Of a stretch of 64,000 nt of DNA, positions 1 to 11,200 are shown piece after piece. The notes below the pieces were generated by a model. The model did no database searches, had not been told where the DNA came from, and saw nothing but the letters and a program-made list of their open reading frames with translations. Numbering within the stretch: the first letter of the stretch is position 1; the number at the start of each line of letters is the position of its first letter. This DNA is from Eledone cirrhosa (lineage: Eukaryota): the NCBI GenBank assembly GCA_964016885.1, contig OZ024744.1, forward strand, positions 111,352,001-111,416,000, written 5' to 3'. Made by a program: the position numbers and the translations under genes.

Positions 1-239
1 ACGTTGCAACCGAAGGAAAACAGGAAGACGATACTTTGGTTCGTGAAGACGTTCCCTGGCATAAGAATATATATATATACACACACACTATATATACATA
101 TATACACACACATACTGATCGCGTCATAATGACGTAATGCAGACAGTCAGGCATACAGACAGATATTATAAGGTAGCGACGTCATATCTATGTGTCTATC
201 TAAAAAGAGAAAGACTAAGAGAGAGAGAAAGAGATCGCT

Positions 240-399
240 AAATCGCCTAATGCAATCATTGAAAATTTGAATTTGTTTTTGCTCAGAACACTCAATAGGA
301 CCATAAGTATTACATGTGTAAAGTTTGAAAACAATCGGTTGGGTGTTTCTCGAGTTTTAGTGATTGTACAGACAGACAAAGAGACATTCTCTGTTTTAG

Positions 400-401
<2 letters not shown>
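240..401 (-). mobile_element. Non-autonomous Helitron/HINE-like 5' fragment
   Basis: Minus strand reads (TA)n-ACTAAAAC...GTCTGTCTGT...AAAACTCGAGAAACACCCAACCGATTG...AAACTTTACAC, the same layout as the start of the 2698-3210 element. Confidence 0.45.

Positions 402-474
<73 letters not shown>
402..474. repeat. (TA)n microsatellite, one of many in the window
   Basis: Direct observation. Confidence 0.95.
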
Positions 475-475
<1 letters not shown>

Positions 476-515
476 GATATTAAACAAATGGAAACTATAT
501 TTATAAAACCATATT

Positions 516-581
516 TATTTCATTATACATATTTCAGGGATACCATATTAGAAATATGGCATGCCTTCTTCAGACAAAATA
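516..581 (-). ncRNA. Type I hammerhead ribozyme (family H1) in a PLE pLTR remnant
   Basis: Minus strand: TATTTTGT-CTGAAGA-AGGCATGCCATATT(tct)AATATGGTATCCCT-GAAA-TATGTA-TA-ATGAAATA; stems I and II pair. Confidence 0.85.
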
Positions 582-1590
582 CAATATATAAGCAGTTTTA
601 TAAATAAATTTGACGTACCATGAATATTGTTCAACTTCCATTTAAAAAAGTTGGTTTGGTAGTGAAATGTTTGTAAATATTTAGTGTTAAGCACAGTTAA
701 AAAAAAAAGAAAGACGGAGAGAAGGAATAAATGTATGTAAAGAAAAACAGAGAGAGATAGAAAGAGAGAGATATGGGAGAGAGAAATAGTGAGGGGGTGA
801 AAAATGAGAGGCAGCTGAGGCAACAGATGAATAACAATAATAATAATAATAATTCATCATACAAATTGAGAGAATAAGGAGGGAGGAAGTACTGTAATTA
901 TTTATTTATTCATTTATTTAGTTATAGTGTTAAGGAGAGGGAGAGAAATAAAAAATAAATAAAGAGAAAACAGCGATACTTCAATTTTCTTTATAGAGGG
1001 AGGAGAAGAAAGAGTTATATCAAGAGAGAAGGATGACAGATTTATAACTTTACGTTATGTCCTATCAGTTTGAATTATCAATTCATATGAATTGGGTATT
1101 ATAATGTAAATATCAATATTCATGAATGAGACATAGATATATAATGTGTGAAAAATAATGACCATATGTTTAGTTTAAAAATTCTTAGGTCGATATATCA
1201 AAACCTGAGATAAAACTTCAAAAATACATAAGTATATATGTACTTTCCGGAAAAAAAGAAAGAAAGAGAAAAAGAAAAAGAGAAGGTCATCTCAAGTTCT
1301 AGTTGACACTATAGATATACACGTGAACTTACGTGATCAGCTCTGTAATTTCTTATTTCACATGAAAAAATGTTCCCTTGCGTTATAAAAGATTTTACTA
1401 TATATATATATATACATACATACACATACATAAAAATATATATTAATATATATGCAAAAGTTTTATTTAAGATTGTTGGGTTACAACGAGTAAATATTTT
1501 ATAACTGATATAAAAGCACTCAACAGTTTCTGGAGTAGGTTTACGATATTAAACAAATGGAAACTATATTTATATTTATAAAACCATATT

Positions 1591-1656
1591 TATTTCGTTA
1601 TATATATTTCTGGGATATCATATTAAAAATATGTTATGCCTTCCTCAGACAAAATA
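1591..1656 (-). ncRNA. Hammerhead ribozyme (H1), left palindrome arm
   Basis: Reverse complement of 1809-1874. Confidence 0.85.
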
Positions 1657-1808
1657 CAATACATAAGCTGTTTTATAAATAATTAGTGACATACCTTGTG
1701 ATAATGCAACTTCCTTTTAAAAAGTTGATTTAAAAATCAACTTTTTAAAAGGAAGTTGCATTATCACAAGGTATGTCACTAATTATTTATAAAACAGCTT
1801 ATGTATTG

Positions 1809-1874
1809 TATTTTGTCTGAGGAAGGCATAACATATTTTTAATATGATATCCCAGAAATATATATAACGAAATA
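1809..1874 (+). ncRNA. Hammerhead ribozyme (H1), right palindrome arm
   Basis: TATTTTGT-CTGAGGA(1817)-aGGcATAaCATATT ttt AATATGaTATcCCa-GAAA(1855)-TATATA-TA-ACGAAATA. Confidence 0.85.
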
Positions 1875-1995
1875 AATATGGTTTTATAAATATAAATATA
1901 GTTTCCATTTGTTTAATATCGTATTAATATATATTAATATTAATATTCCTGCACTCACATACATGATTAACCCAACAATTTTTAAATAAAACTTT

Positions 1996-2035
<40 letters not shown>

Positions 2036-2039
<4 letters not shown>

Positions 2040-2697
2040 ATTTTGTTTATCGTGAACTCGTGCGCCGATTTTTCGATACTCGATTATTATACTATATTTA
2101 GCTCTAGACTTAGCTATTGACCAGTTAATTTTATTGTTCATTTTTTGTCGATTCTATTAAATGATGAATAGCCCCTGTTTATGTTAACATGTCTATTGAG
2201 CACTCTTATTCGATATGTGTTTTTGCCACATTTTTCCGAATATTTTTGCGGATATAAAGGTTATCTCCCTTGCTGAAATCCATGTGCGTATTTTTAGCCT
2301 GGGTCTTGTCTTTTCATCCATTCGGACGAAGCTCGTTGATGAAGTAACTCCAGTCCCCCCGATTGTCTGTAAGTCTTATATTTTTATATGAGCTGATAGA
2401 TGACGGTTTAAGGATTTACAGAAACCCAAGAAGCTAGATATTCCATCTCTCAAGTGGGTCCGGGTATGCATTTTACATTCATTTCATTTATTGATTTATT
2501 GATAATTTATCTGAGTGTCCCGAATCTTCCATGTCGAACTTTTCGGTTATTTGGTTGATTGTAGACATATTCTACGTGTGACGGTATTTTAACGATAGTT
2601 ATAGCTCTAATTTATTTGAATTATAGAGCCCTCTGCCGCTCATCTCGAATTTTGTTTATCGTGAACTCGTGCGCCGATTTTTCGATACTCGATTATT
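2036..2697 (+). repeat. Unclassified dispersed repeat A with ~53-bp terminal direct repeats
   Basis: TCGAATTTTGTTTATCGTGAACTCGTGCGCCGATTTTTCGATACTCGATTATT at ~2036 and ~2645; diverged inverted copy at 14579-15140. Confidence 0.75.
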
Positions 2698-3209
2698 CTA
2701 CTATATATATATACATAAATGGCAATTTCTGTCTGTTTGTTTGTGAACCTAAAACTCAAAAACTACCAAACCGATATCTTGATGAAACTTGACACGTGTG
2801 TGAGGCTCATGCATATTTGATTTCGTACGTATATTTCATTTTAATCAAAGGGTTCCCCGGGGGCTCAAACCCCCGTTGAAAATTATTTTCCTTCGATTTA
2901 TATGAAATTTAAACCCTAGGTAAATGACAAGATATGATGCCTATTCACAAAATTTCAGCAAATTTCAATAATATTAAGACACCCTAATGGAGGTACTATG
3001 TTTTTCCTTATAGCAACACTCAACTTCTCTGACAAACATTTTTCACCTGACCAATGCACTCAACAATATAGTTTGTATTATTGTTTCGTAAATGAATTTG
3101 TTTTCGTTTTTGATTATCTGTCCTATATTGTGATTCCATTTTTGGTCTGAGAGGCATTGGGCATTTTAATGGGAACTGGGAATACTCCCGCTCCCGGGTA
3201 GCTCAGCTA

Positions 3210-3210
<1 letters not shown>
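2698..3210 (+). mobile_element. Non-autonomous Helitron-like element
   Basis: Starts TC-TA.., has a GTCTGTTTGTTTG tract and AAAACTACCAAACCGAT..GATGAAACTTG motif, a subterminal GC hairpin (CCCGCTCCCGGG), and ends CTAG followed by T. Confidence 0.6.
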
Positions 3211-3254
<44 letters not shown>

Positions 3255-3255
<1 letters not shown>

Positions 3256-3522
3256 CCAAGACTGGAATTGAACCATCAGTAAAGTTGATGTATGTCATAC
3301 ATCAATTTATATATTTTATCTGATGAGGACGTACTGAAAAAACAGCACAGTACCTCCGAAATATATATAATAAAATATATTTTGATTACGTTGAATGTCT
3401 ATATTTATTAATATTTTGAATTAATATTATATGTATTATTATTATGTAACTTAACTTTGATAGTTTTCGGCCAGTATTGGCCCAGGCCGTGTCTAACTTA
3501 ATAGCACCACCTGGGAACAAGC
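3255..3522 (+). mobile_element. Short hammerhead-bearing repeat B (solo pLTR or non-autonomous PLE), copy 1
   Basis: Near-identical to 18236-18504; both start after (TA)n and end at GGGAACAAGC. Confidence 0.8.
3309..3380 (+). ncRNA. Type I hammerhead ribozyme (family H2)
   Basis: ATATATTTTAT-CTGATGA(3320)-GGAcGTACTG..CAGTACcTCC-GAAA(3358)-TATATA-TA-ATAAAATATAT. Confidence 0.9.
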
Positions 3523-3759
3523 CACCCCCTCCTCGCCCAAGCCATCCTCTCCTTCATCCACAACCTCAACCACAACCTCTTCTCGTTCCTCAGCTCCACC
3601 AAAGCCCGCAAGCTACACTCCCCCCCCCTCCCTCCACCACCACCCGCCCATCCCCATACGCCCACCACTCTCCCCCGACCCACACCCCTACCCAATCTCC
3701 ACCCTCCACCTCACACCTCACCACACCCTCCCTTCCCTCCCCAAACACCCAAACCCCAC

Positions 3760-5950
3760 TTCTTGTTGTCACCATACCCCCTGACCTCCCCCTCTCCGCA
3801 CCTGAGCGCTCACTCCTTAGTAGAGGCCTTCGCTTCATACCCCACACTCCGCTCAGCGACGAGTTCCGCACCCGAACGGAAGTCGAGCGATTCGTGCGAC
3901 GCACTAAGCTACAGGCACATTTCAGCCGAACGCCACCGGCTCCGGACGCCCCAGACCCGTTTCTCGCCCTGGGCCGACGACCATCTTCTTGGACGCCGGC
4001 CCCAGGGCAATTTAGCACCCTGGACGCCTTCGTCGATGCTAGCCGTAGCGCAGTAAATCGTTTCGACTTCCGCCACCGTTCCAAACGGCACAACATCTCA
4101 CGGGGCGAACTCCTCGCTCTCCGCTCCCTCCGTAGCCGAGATGACATCGTCATCAAACCGGCGGACAAGGGAGGCGCCGTGGTGGTATGGCGCGCGGACC
4201 TCTACACGGCCGAAGCCCTCAGGCAGCTCTGTAACCCCCTCTTTTACCGCCCTCTACCCTCCGATCCCACCCCCCTCTACTAACAACAAGTCTCCTCCAC
4301 CATCAAAGACCTTATCGCCTCCTCCCTCCTTCCCCCCCCCCCACCGCTTCCCACCTCATCGTCCGCACCCCCACCATCTACTTCCTCCCCAAACTCCACA
4401 AACCCGACAACCCCGGCCGCCCCATCGTCTCTGCTTGCAACTGCCCACCGAACTCATCTCCGCCTTTCTCGACTCCCTCCTCGCCCCCCTTGTCACCACC
4501 CTCCCCTCCCACATCTCCGACACCAACCACGCCCTGCGCCTTTTCGACTCCTTCACCTACCTACCCGGCCCTCAGCCATTCCTCTTCACCCTAGACATCA
4601 AGTCCCTCTATACCGTCATCCCCACGCCGACGGCCTTCGCGCCCTCAAACACTACCTCGACCTTCGCCCCTCCCCCATTCCTTCCACCCCACCCTCCTTC
4701 GCCTCGCCGAGCTGGTCCTCACCCTAAATTGTTTCTCCTTCTCGGGTGAGTTTTACCAACAGGTCACGGGGGTAGCCATGGGCACAAGAATGGGCCCGAA
4801 CTATGCCAACCTTTTTGTTGGCCATGTTGAGGCCCAAATCTTTGCCCAGTACACCGGCCCCACGCCCGAACTGTACGGTCGTTACATTGACGACTGTATC
4901 GGAGCCACGACCCTCACCCGAGTACAGCTCGACTCCTTTCTCTCCTTCTTCTGCTCCTTCCACCCCTCCCTCCACTTCACCACCTCTATCTCCACCACCC
5001 ACGTCAACTTCTTGGACATCTCCGTCGCCTTCGACCCCTCCCACCACTCCCTCGTCACCTTCGCCTTCTTCAAACCCACCGACTCCCACTCTTACCTCGA
5101 CTTCACCTCTTCCCACCCCACCCACACTAAACTCTCCATTCCCTACTCCCAACTTCTCAGGATCCGCCGCCTCTGTAGCCGAGATGCTGACTTCGAGTCC
5201 CAGGCCCTTTCCCTAGTCAGCCATTTCATCCGCAGAGGTTACCCCCCCCCCCTCTCTCGTCTACACCGCTCTCACCCGCGCCCGTGCTATCCCCCGCTCC
5301 ACCACCCTCACCCCACGCCACCGCACACCCACCCACCGTCTCCCCTTCCCCATCACCTACCACCCCTCCACCTTACCCCTCCACCGCACCATCCGCCGCC
5401 TCTTCCGACGCCTCCAGTCCGACCCCTCCACCTCCCACATCTTCCCAACCCCACCACTCCCCTCCTTCAAACGCGCACGCAATCTCCGCACCCTCCTCGT
5501 CCACAGCCCCCCCCCCAACCCACGCCCCCCCCCGGTTCCTTCCCCTGTTCTAGGCCCCGCTGCAACACCTGTCCCCACATCACCAACACCACCACCTTCC
5601 AGGGTCCCAACGGCCACTCTCTCTCGGTCCGGCATGCCTTCCGCTGCACCTCCTCCAACCTAGTCTACGGACTTCGTTGCACGGAGTGCAGCGCGACTTA
5701 TGTCGGACAGACGGGACGTCGCCTGGCGGACCGAGTCACGGAGCACCTCCGGGATATTCGTCTCGGGGGCAGTTCCCCCATCGCCCGCCACTTTGGTGGC
5801 CCTGGACACTCCGCACGCCATCTCACAGTCTGTGGCCTACTCCAGTGCCACGGAACACCCGCCCATCGCCTTACGGTCGAACAACGCACTATCTTCATCT
5901 TACAGACCCTCACTCCCCCCGGCCTGAACTCCCCACCCTTATTCCTTTAG
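3760..5950 (+). pseudogene. PLE RT-GIY-YIG polyprotein with stops and frameshifts
   Basis: IKPADKGGAVVV, LDIKSLYTVIP, MGTRMGPNYANLF, YGRYIDD, KPTDSHSYL, linker CSRPRCNTC, NLVYGLRCTECSATYVGQTGRRLADRVTEH, C-terminal PPGLN. Confidence 0.9.
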
Positions 5951-7014
5951 CGTTCGACCGCCCCCCTCCCCCCACACTTATCCCCCACTCACACCTGCAT
6001 TCCACCCCTCCCGTATACTAACACCCACTAACACCTCTTCACCAAACTACACACACACCAGTACACCACACTCCCTCCATAAAACCACACACACCCTTCT
6101 CTCCCCGCTCACACTCACTCATCCCACTAACACCCCTACTAATACACACACACACACACACACACACACCCTCCTCACTCCCACTCTCACACCTACCCAT
6201 CCTCGCCTCCCTACCATTCCGCCGACTGCTGCTAAGCCCTTCCGACTACCTCTCAGCACCAACTGACCACAGCACTCCCACTGCTGACCACTTCCTGTTG
6301 CGCGCGCACCCCACATCTCTCCTCTTCCGACCACCGCTTCTTGGATTACCCACACGCGAAATTGACTTCTAACCAAAATCTCCAAACATCCGTGGAACTT
6401 ACCAACTTTTCAACCATCCTCTTACACCATCACCTATATAACTCACCCACACACACACCCCAACAAAAAAATTTTTTATCCACACGCCACCCACACCCAC
6501 ACCCACAACACGCTTAAACCACACACACGTGCTTCCCACCACATATTTACACCCTCAGCCTCCGGATTCCTCTCCCCCCACCCCCTATCCACACACGCAC
6601 AGACACTCCGACCCACAAAAACACCCCCCACACACACCTTCCTGAACATGCAACCCCGTTCTTCCCCCAACCCTCATTTTCACATACACACACACACACA
6701 CACACGCACACCTAACCACACACACCACCTTCAGCCCTCCCCGCTCGGACACCCCGTCTCCCTCTCCCCACTCCACCCACCACCACCCCTACTCACCCCA
6801 CACCTGTTTACCCCCCTTTTAATTTCAGTTTATTTTGATCATGCCTTTATTTTTAAATTTTCTCATTCCTTGTATTTTGATCATGCTTTATTTTTATTTA
6901 TTATATTTTTTGTTTTTATTTGTTAATTTTTCATTCGCACCGTTTCCTTTCGCTATATGTCTCTCCACCACTCCCCTACACACCTTTTGAACTCTATTCC
7001 CACACACTTCTCAC

Positions 7015-7045
7015 CCGAAGAAGGGCTTATGCCCGAAACGTCGTC
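7015..7045 (+). ncRNA. Minimal hammerhead-like motif with variant core (family H3)
   Basis: CCGAAGA-A-GGGC-TTAT-GCCC-GAAA-CGTCG-TC; core U4 replaced by C, stem I not evident. Confidence 0.6.
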
Positions 7046-7231
7046 CCCCACCTACCCCCCACTCTCCTGAGCGTGAATTTAATAAACATTTATCGTACTG
7101 CCTCTCTGTTCTGTCCCTGTTCAATTTTCATTATATATATATATATATGTGTGTGTGTAAATGAAGTAATTCCGTCGGAAAAGTCTAGGGAAAAAGAGTG
7201 CTCTATGTAGGTAACAGAGCTTAATTATTAT

Positions 7232-7592
7232 TATTATGTAATAAACAACATAAGGCAATTATTCCATTTACCAGTGGTTTCTTAAAAGCAAAAGGTTTTG
7301 CTTTCAATCCTCAGAATGAAAAAATCCTGGTTTGTTTATTGAATTTGGATTTTAAAAAACAAAAATGCAATCTATATGAAAGTGAGGTTGGAGAAGGAAG
7401 AAGGAAAGGAAAAATAAAATAAAACTACACATGCAAACACACACACAAAAACACAAAAGCATACATACACACACATACATATATACATACATATATATAT
7501 ACAAACACACATATACACATATATATATATACACATACACACACATACACATACACATACATACACATATACACATACATACACTCATACAT

Positions 7593-7623
<31 letters not shown>

Positions 7624-7640
7624 TATATATATATATATAT
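7232..7640 (-). mobile_element. pLTR/3' end remnant C of a Naiad-related subfamily
   Basis: Inverted near-copy of 15200-15690; its hammerhead region is homologous to 9340-9435 and 13650-13745. Confidence 0.8.
7262..7321 (-). ncRNA. Hammerhead ribozyme (family H4), intact core
   Basis: TTTCATT-CTGAGGA-TTGAAAGCAAAACCTTTTGCTTTTAA-GAAA-CCACTGG-TA-AATGGAA. Confidence 0.85.
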
Positions 7641-7724
7641 ATATTATATTATATTTTGAGAATAAACTCTCAGTCATTTACAATAATTAAGCTCCAGGAA
7701 GGGTCTCTTCCGAGCAGTCAATAC

Positions 7725-8474
7725 ATTTAAAGTATACGATAAACACGAAATGTGTTTACATTGCAACAGACAAAGTTAGGTATTAATGAAATAAACTAAT
7801 AAAAGTGAATACAATTTGTCTGTCTCGATATAAGTCAATAAAGACAATATTATATTGGCAACAGCCATGATTCCTGGACATATTTAAATTTCAAAATTCA
7901 AACCTGTTCTGTAGACGAATTTGAACCTCGAAACCCAAATAAGTTTCGCAACGGTGGAATGTGAATTGAAAAATAAAGAGAATCGAAATGGGATAGAAAT
8001 AAAAGAGTGAAATACCCATATCTTCTGTGCTTATCAACAGGAATCCAGTAAGATTAGTATATCACACATCAAAAATTTTGCAAGAATGACTACACGTGGG
8101 TAGGCAGGCCAGAACTAGCTATCCCACATTCACGGTGCTAGAAATAACAGCCGCTTATGCAGGATTAAGGATCAGCTCATACAATAAAGGAGCAATACAT
8201 TATATTTCTATCCCATTTCGATTCTCTTTATTTTTCAATTCACATTCCACCGTTGCGAAACTTATTTGGGTTTCGAGGTTCAAATTCGTCTACAGAACAG
8301 GTTTGAATTTTGAAATTTAAATATGTCCAGGAATCATGGCTGTTGCCAATATAATATTGTCTTTATTGACTTATATCGAGACAGACAAATTGTATTCACT
8401 TTTATTAGTTTATTTCATTAATAGCTAACTTTGTCTGTTGCAATGTAAACACATTACGTGTTTATTGTATACTT

Positions 8475-8479
<5 letters not shown>
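7725..8479. repeat. Inverted repeat (~275-bp arms, ~200-bp spacer), probable 3' end of another PLE
   Basis: 7725-8001 is the reverse complement of 8203-8479. The + arm encodes ...KLIWVSRFKFVYRTGLNFEI*, resembling the GIY-YIG C-terminal GLN motif. Confidence 0.75.
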
Positions 8480-8522
<43 letters not shown>

Positions 8523-8958
8523 TATACATATATATGTGTGTACAAGCATACATATACACAAACATAGCCATACACACACACAAATATATACATACATTCA
8601 CACAATCATACATATATACACACGTACATACATAAACATACATAAATGCACTCCTCTACATATTCACACACGCAAATAAATATAAGAAAAAAATATATAT
8701 ATATTAAAAATTTTTGACACCGATACATAAGGCAGCTAACTGGACAGACACGCGTGGTAAGTAATACACACAAATGCACGTATACATACGTACGAAATAG
8801 TAAACACATACACACACTCTCACACATAAATATACATATACAAATACATAAACACATACATACACATACATGCACAAACACGCACACGTATACAATGTAT
8901 ACACACACATATGTATATGTAATTATATACACACACACATATATATATATATATATAA

Positions 8959-9023
<65 letters not shown>

Positions 9024-9199
9024 TAAACACACACACACACACACATATATGTATACATACACACACATATACATACATAGCTAAACAATTATACACATAC
9101 GAATACGTACATATCATAAACACGCACAACCAAATACAAACACACACACACACACACATACATATATATACACATACACACGCATATATATACATATAC

Positions 9200-9232
<33 letters not shown>

Positions 9233-9518
9233 CACATGCATACACATACACACACACACATACATGTGTGTATGTGTAAAACTCAGTCTTAGATAATTCA
9301 TATGAACCTTACATATACATATATATATAGTAGTAAAGTAATAAAGCAACATAAGGCAATTATTCCATTCACCAGTGGTTTCTTAAAAGCAAAAAATTTT
9401 TCCTTCAATCTTCAGAATGAAAAAAAACCTGGTCTATCCACATATGCATACATATACACACACAAATATATACATATATATACACATACACATACACACA
9501 CATATACATATATATATA

Positions 9519-9552
<34 letters not shown>

Positions 9553-11083
9553 TACACACAAATATACATACACATAGGTATGTGAAGGGCAAGGCAAAAA
9601 TAATATAAGGGGGGGGGGGGCACATAAGAAAAGGTGAAATATAAGGGGAGGTAAGGGAGAAAAAAGTAAGTAAATATACAAGAGTACAAAACGTAGAATC
9701 AGCAAAATAAAAACCGTAGCAGAAGTAAAGAGCAGAGAAGGAGTTCAAGGCGGTTGATTTATCATCGGAGTGTCAATCCAGTTACAGATCAGATGCGATT
9801 TCAGTTGAGGACAGCATCTGAAGATCTCAGTCTTTGAGTTAAGGCAAGCGGAAGTGGCTCTCAAGTTTAGCAAAATCCTATACTTTTCTGTGGTACACAA
9901 AGAACAATTCTTTGTGCCCCTTTGGTACTCCCTCGAATGGTCTAATATAGACCAATCAATAGAGTACGGGATGTTACTATCCTCGAGTTCCCACACCTTA
10001 CTTGCGAGGGCCGTTGATGTTCGTTTATCGGAATGCTTAAAAGAAGCGACATGTGAGTAAAATCTGGTTTTAAACCTGTCCTGGGTCATATCGACATATC
10101 GCTCACTCCTGGCTGGCTGGTTGTTGATTACCGGTGTTATCTTAGCCTCATAAACGACAGATTTGGTGTTACATTTACCCTGCTATGGGCATTCATCCGG
10201 CTTCCTGCAACTGCATCCTGGATTTATTCTCGTACGGTTTGAACTGGTGATTTTGGACTTCATAGATGGGCAACAAGAGTAGCTGATCTTAACTACGTTC
10301 CTATTAAATATCTTATAATATCTATGATTAGGAGGAAAATGTTTGTCTAATAGTTCAAGGAATTTCCTTCCTACATTAGTTTTGACAGTTAGAGAGAAGG
10401 GGGGGTGAACCAAATAATCTTCCTTTTCCTGTTATAGTGGTTAGTTTTAGGGGGGGGGGAGTAGGTAAATAAGAAATGTTTTCTCTAAAACCGCTGTTCT
10501 TAAGGGCTTTATTATAATAAGGGGCGGCTTTATTAAAAATGTCTATAGACGAAGATAAGGTAGAAATCCTACGGCTAATGTTAGGAATAAGATTATTAAA
10601 AACTATAGGGGGATGGCAAGACTCTTTGTGTATATACCTAAGATTTTCATTAGGTTTATGATAGGGTTTAAAAGAGGCGGTAAGTAGATCAAGATTAATA
10701 TCAAGAAAGTTAGCATTAGTAAGGTTCGTATCTATAGTAATTTTAAGGTTAAGATTAGCAAAAGTATTGATTAAATCTTTACGGAATTTATCAAGGTTAT
10801 GGCCGTTGGTGGTATGAGAAACTGCTAATCCGTCATCACGGTATAAACCGATATTATGCGACGGAAATTTCTCTTTGAGGGTGTGGAGAAGGAATAATCC
10901 TACTAAGTCACAAACATCCGCACTGTCATATGAACCCATTGCAACATCAAAAGAGTTTTCAGGGTTTGACTTTTTAACCCAAATATTATCATTAGTAAAA
11001 AGTAAAGTTTTTCTAGCATGAAAGATAATGTCTTCTTCTAATTTAGAAATATTAATGAAGGGTCTTGCAAAATCTAAGGCATT
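8480..11083 (-). mobile_element. Inverted 5'-truncated copy of the Naiad-type PLE
   Basis: Reverse complement of ~11996-14570, with near-identical ORF segments (MGSYDSADVCDLVG, MTQDRFKTRFYSH). Confidence 0.92.
9363..9422 (-). ncRNA. Hammerhead (H4) with GUG at the cleavage triplet
   Basis: TTTCATT-CTGAAGA-stem II-GAAA-CCACTGG-TG-AATGGAA. Confidence 0.75.
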
Positions 11084-11200
11084 TATACAGCTCCAACCGG
11101 GATTGATTGAAGCATATTCTATATTACATATACGATTGGCACTTTCCAGCCCGATTAGTTGAGCAATCTACAGTTTTCAGGAATTTAACCAACATACACC

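Larger units (their letters stand above)
1542..1923. repeat. Palindrome with 190-bp arms and a 2-nt loop (1732-1733), made of inverted pLTR copies
   Basis: TACGATATTAAAC...GTTGATTT aa AAATCAAC...GTTTAATATCGTA; a diverged third copy of the arm lies at about 474-660. Confidence 0.95.
3523..7130 (+). mobile_element. Penelope-like retroelement, Neptune-type, with C-rich sense strand
   Basis: RT followed by GIY-YIG endonuclease, long 3' UTR ending in a hammerhead-like motif and AATAAA (7081). Confidence 0.9.

Noticed and set aside
7650-7680. Additional hammerhead on the minus strand (CTGAGAG-TTTATT-CTC-AAAA)
   Set aside because: Both core boxes are non-canonical; at best a decayed remnant.
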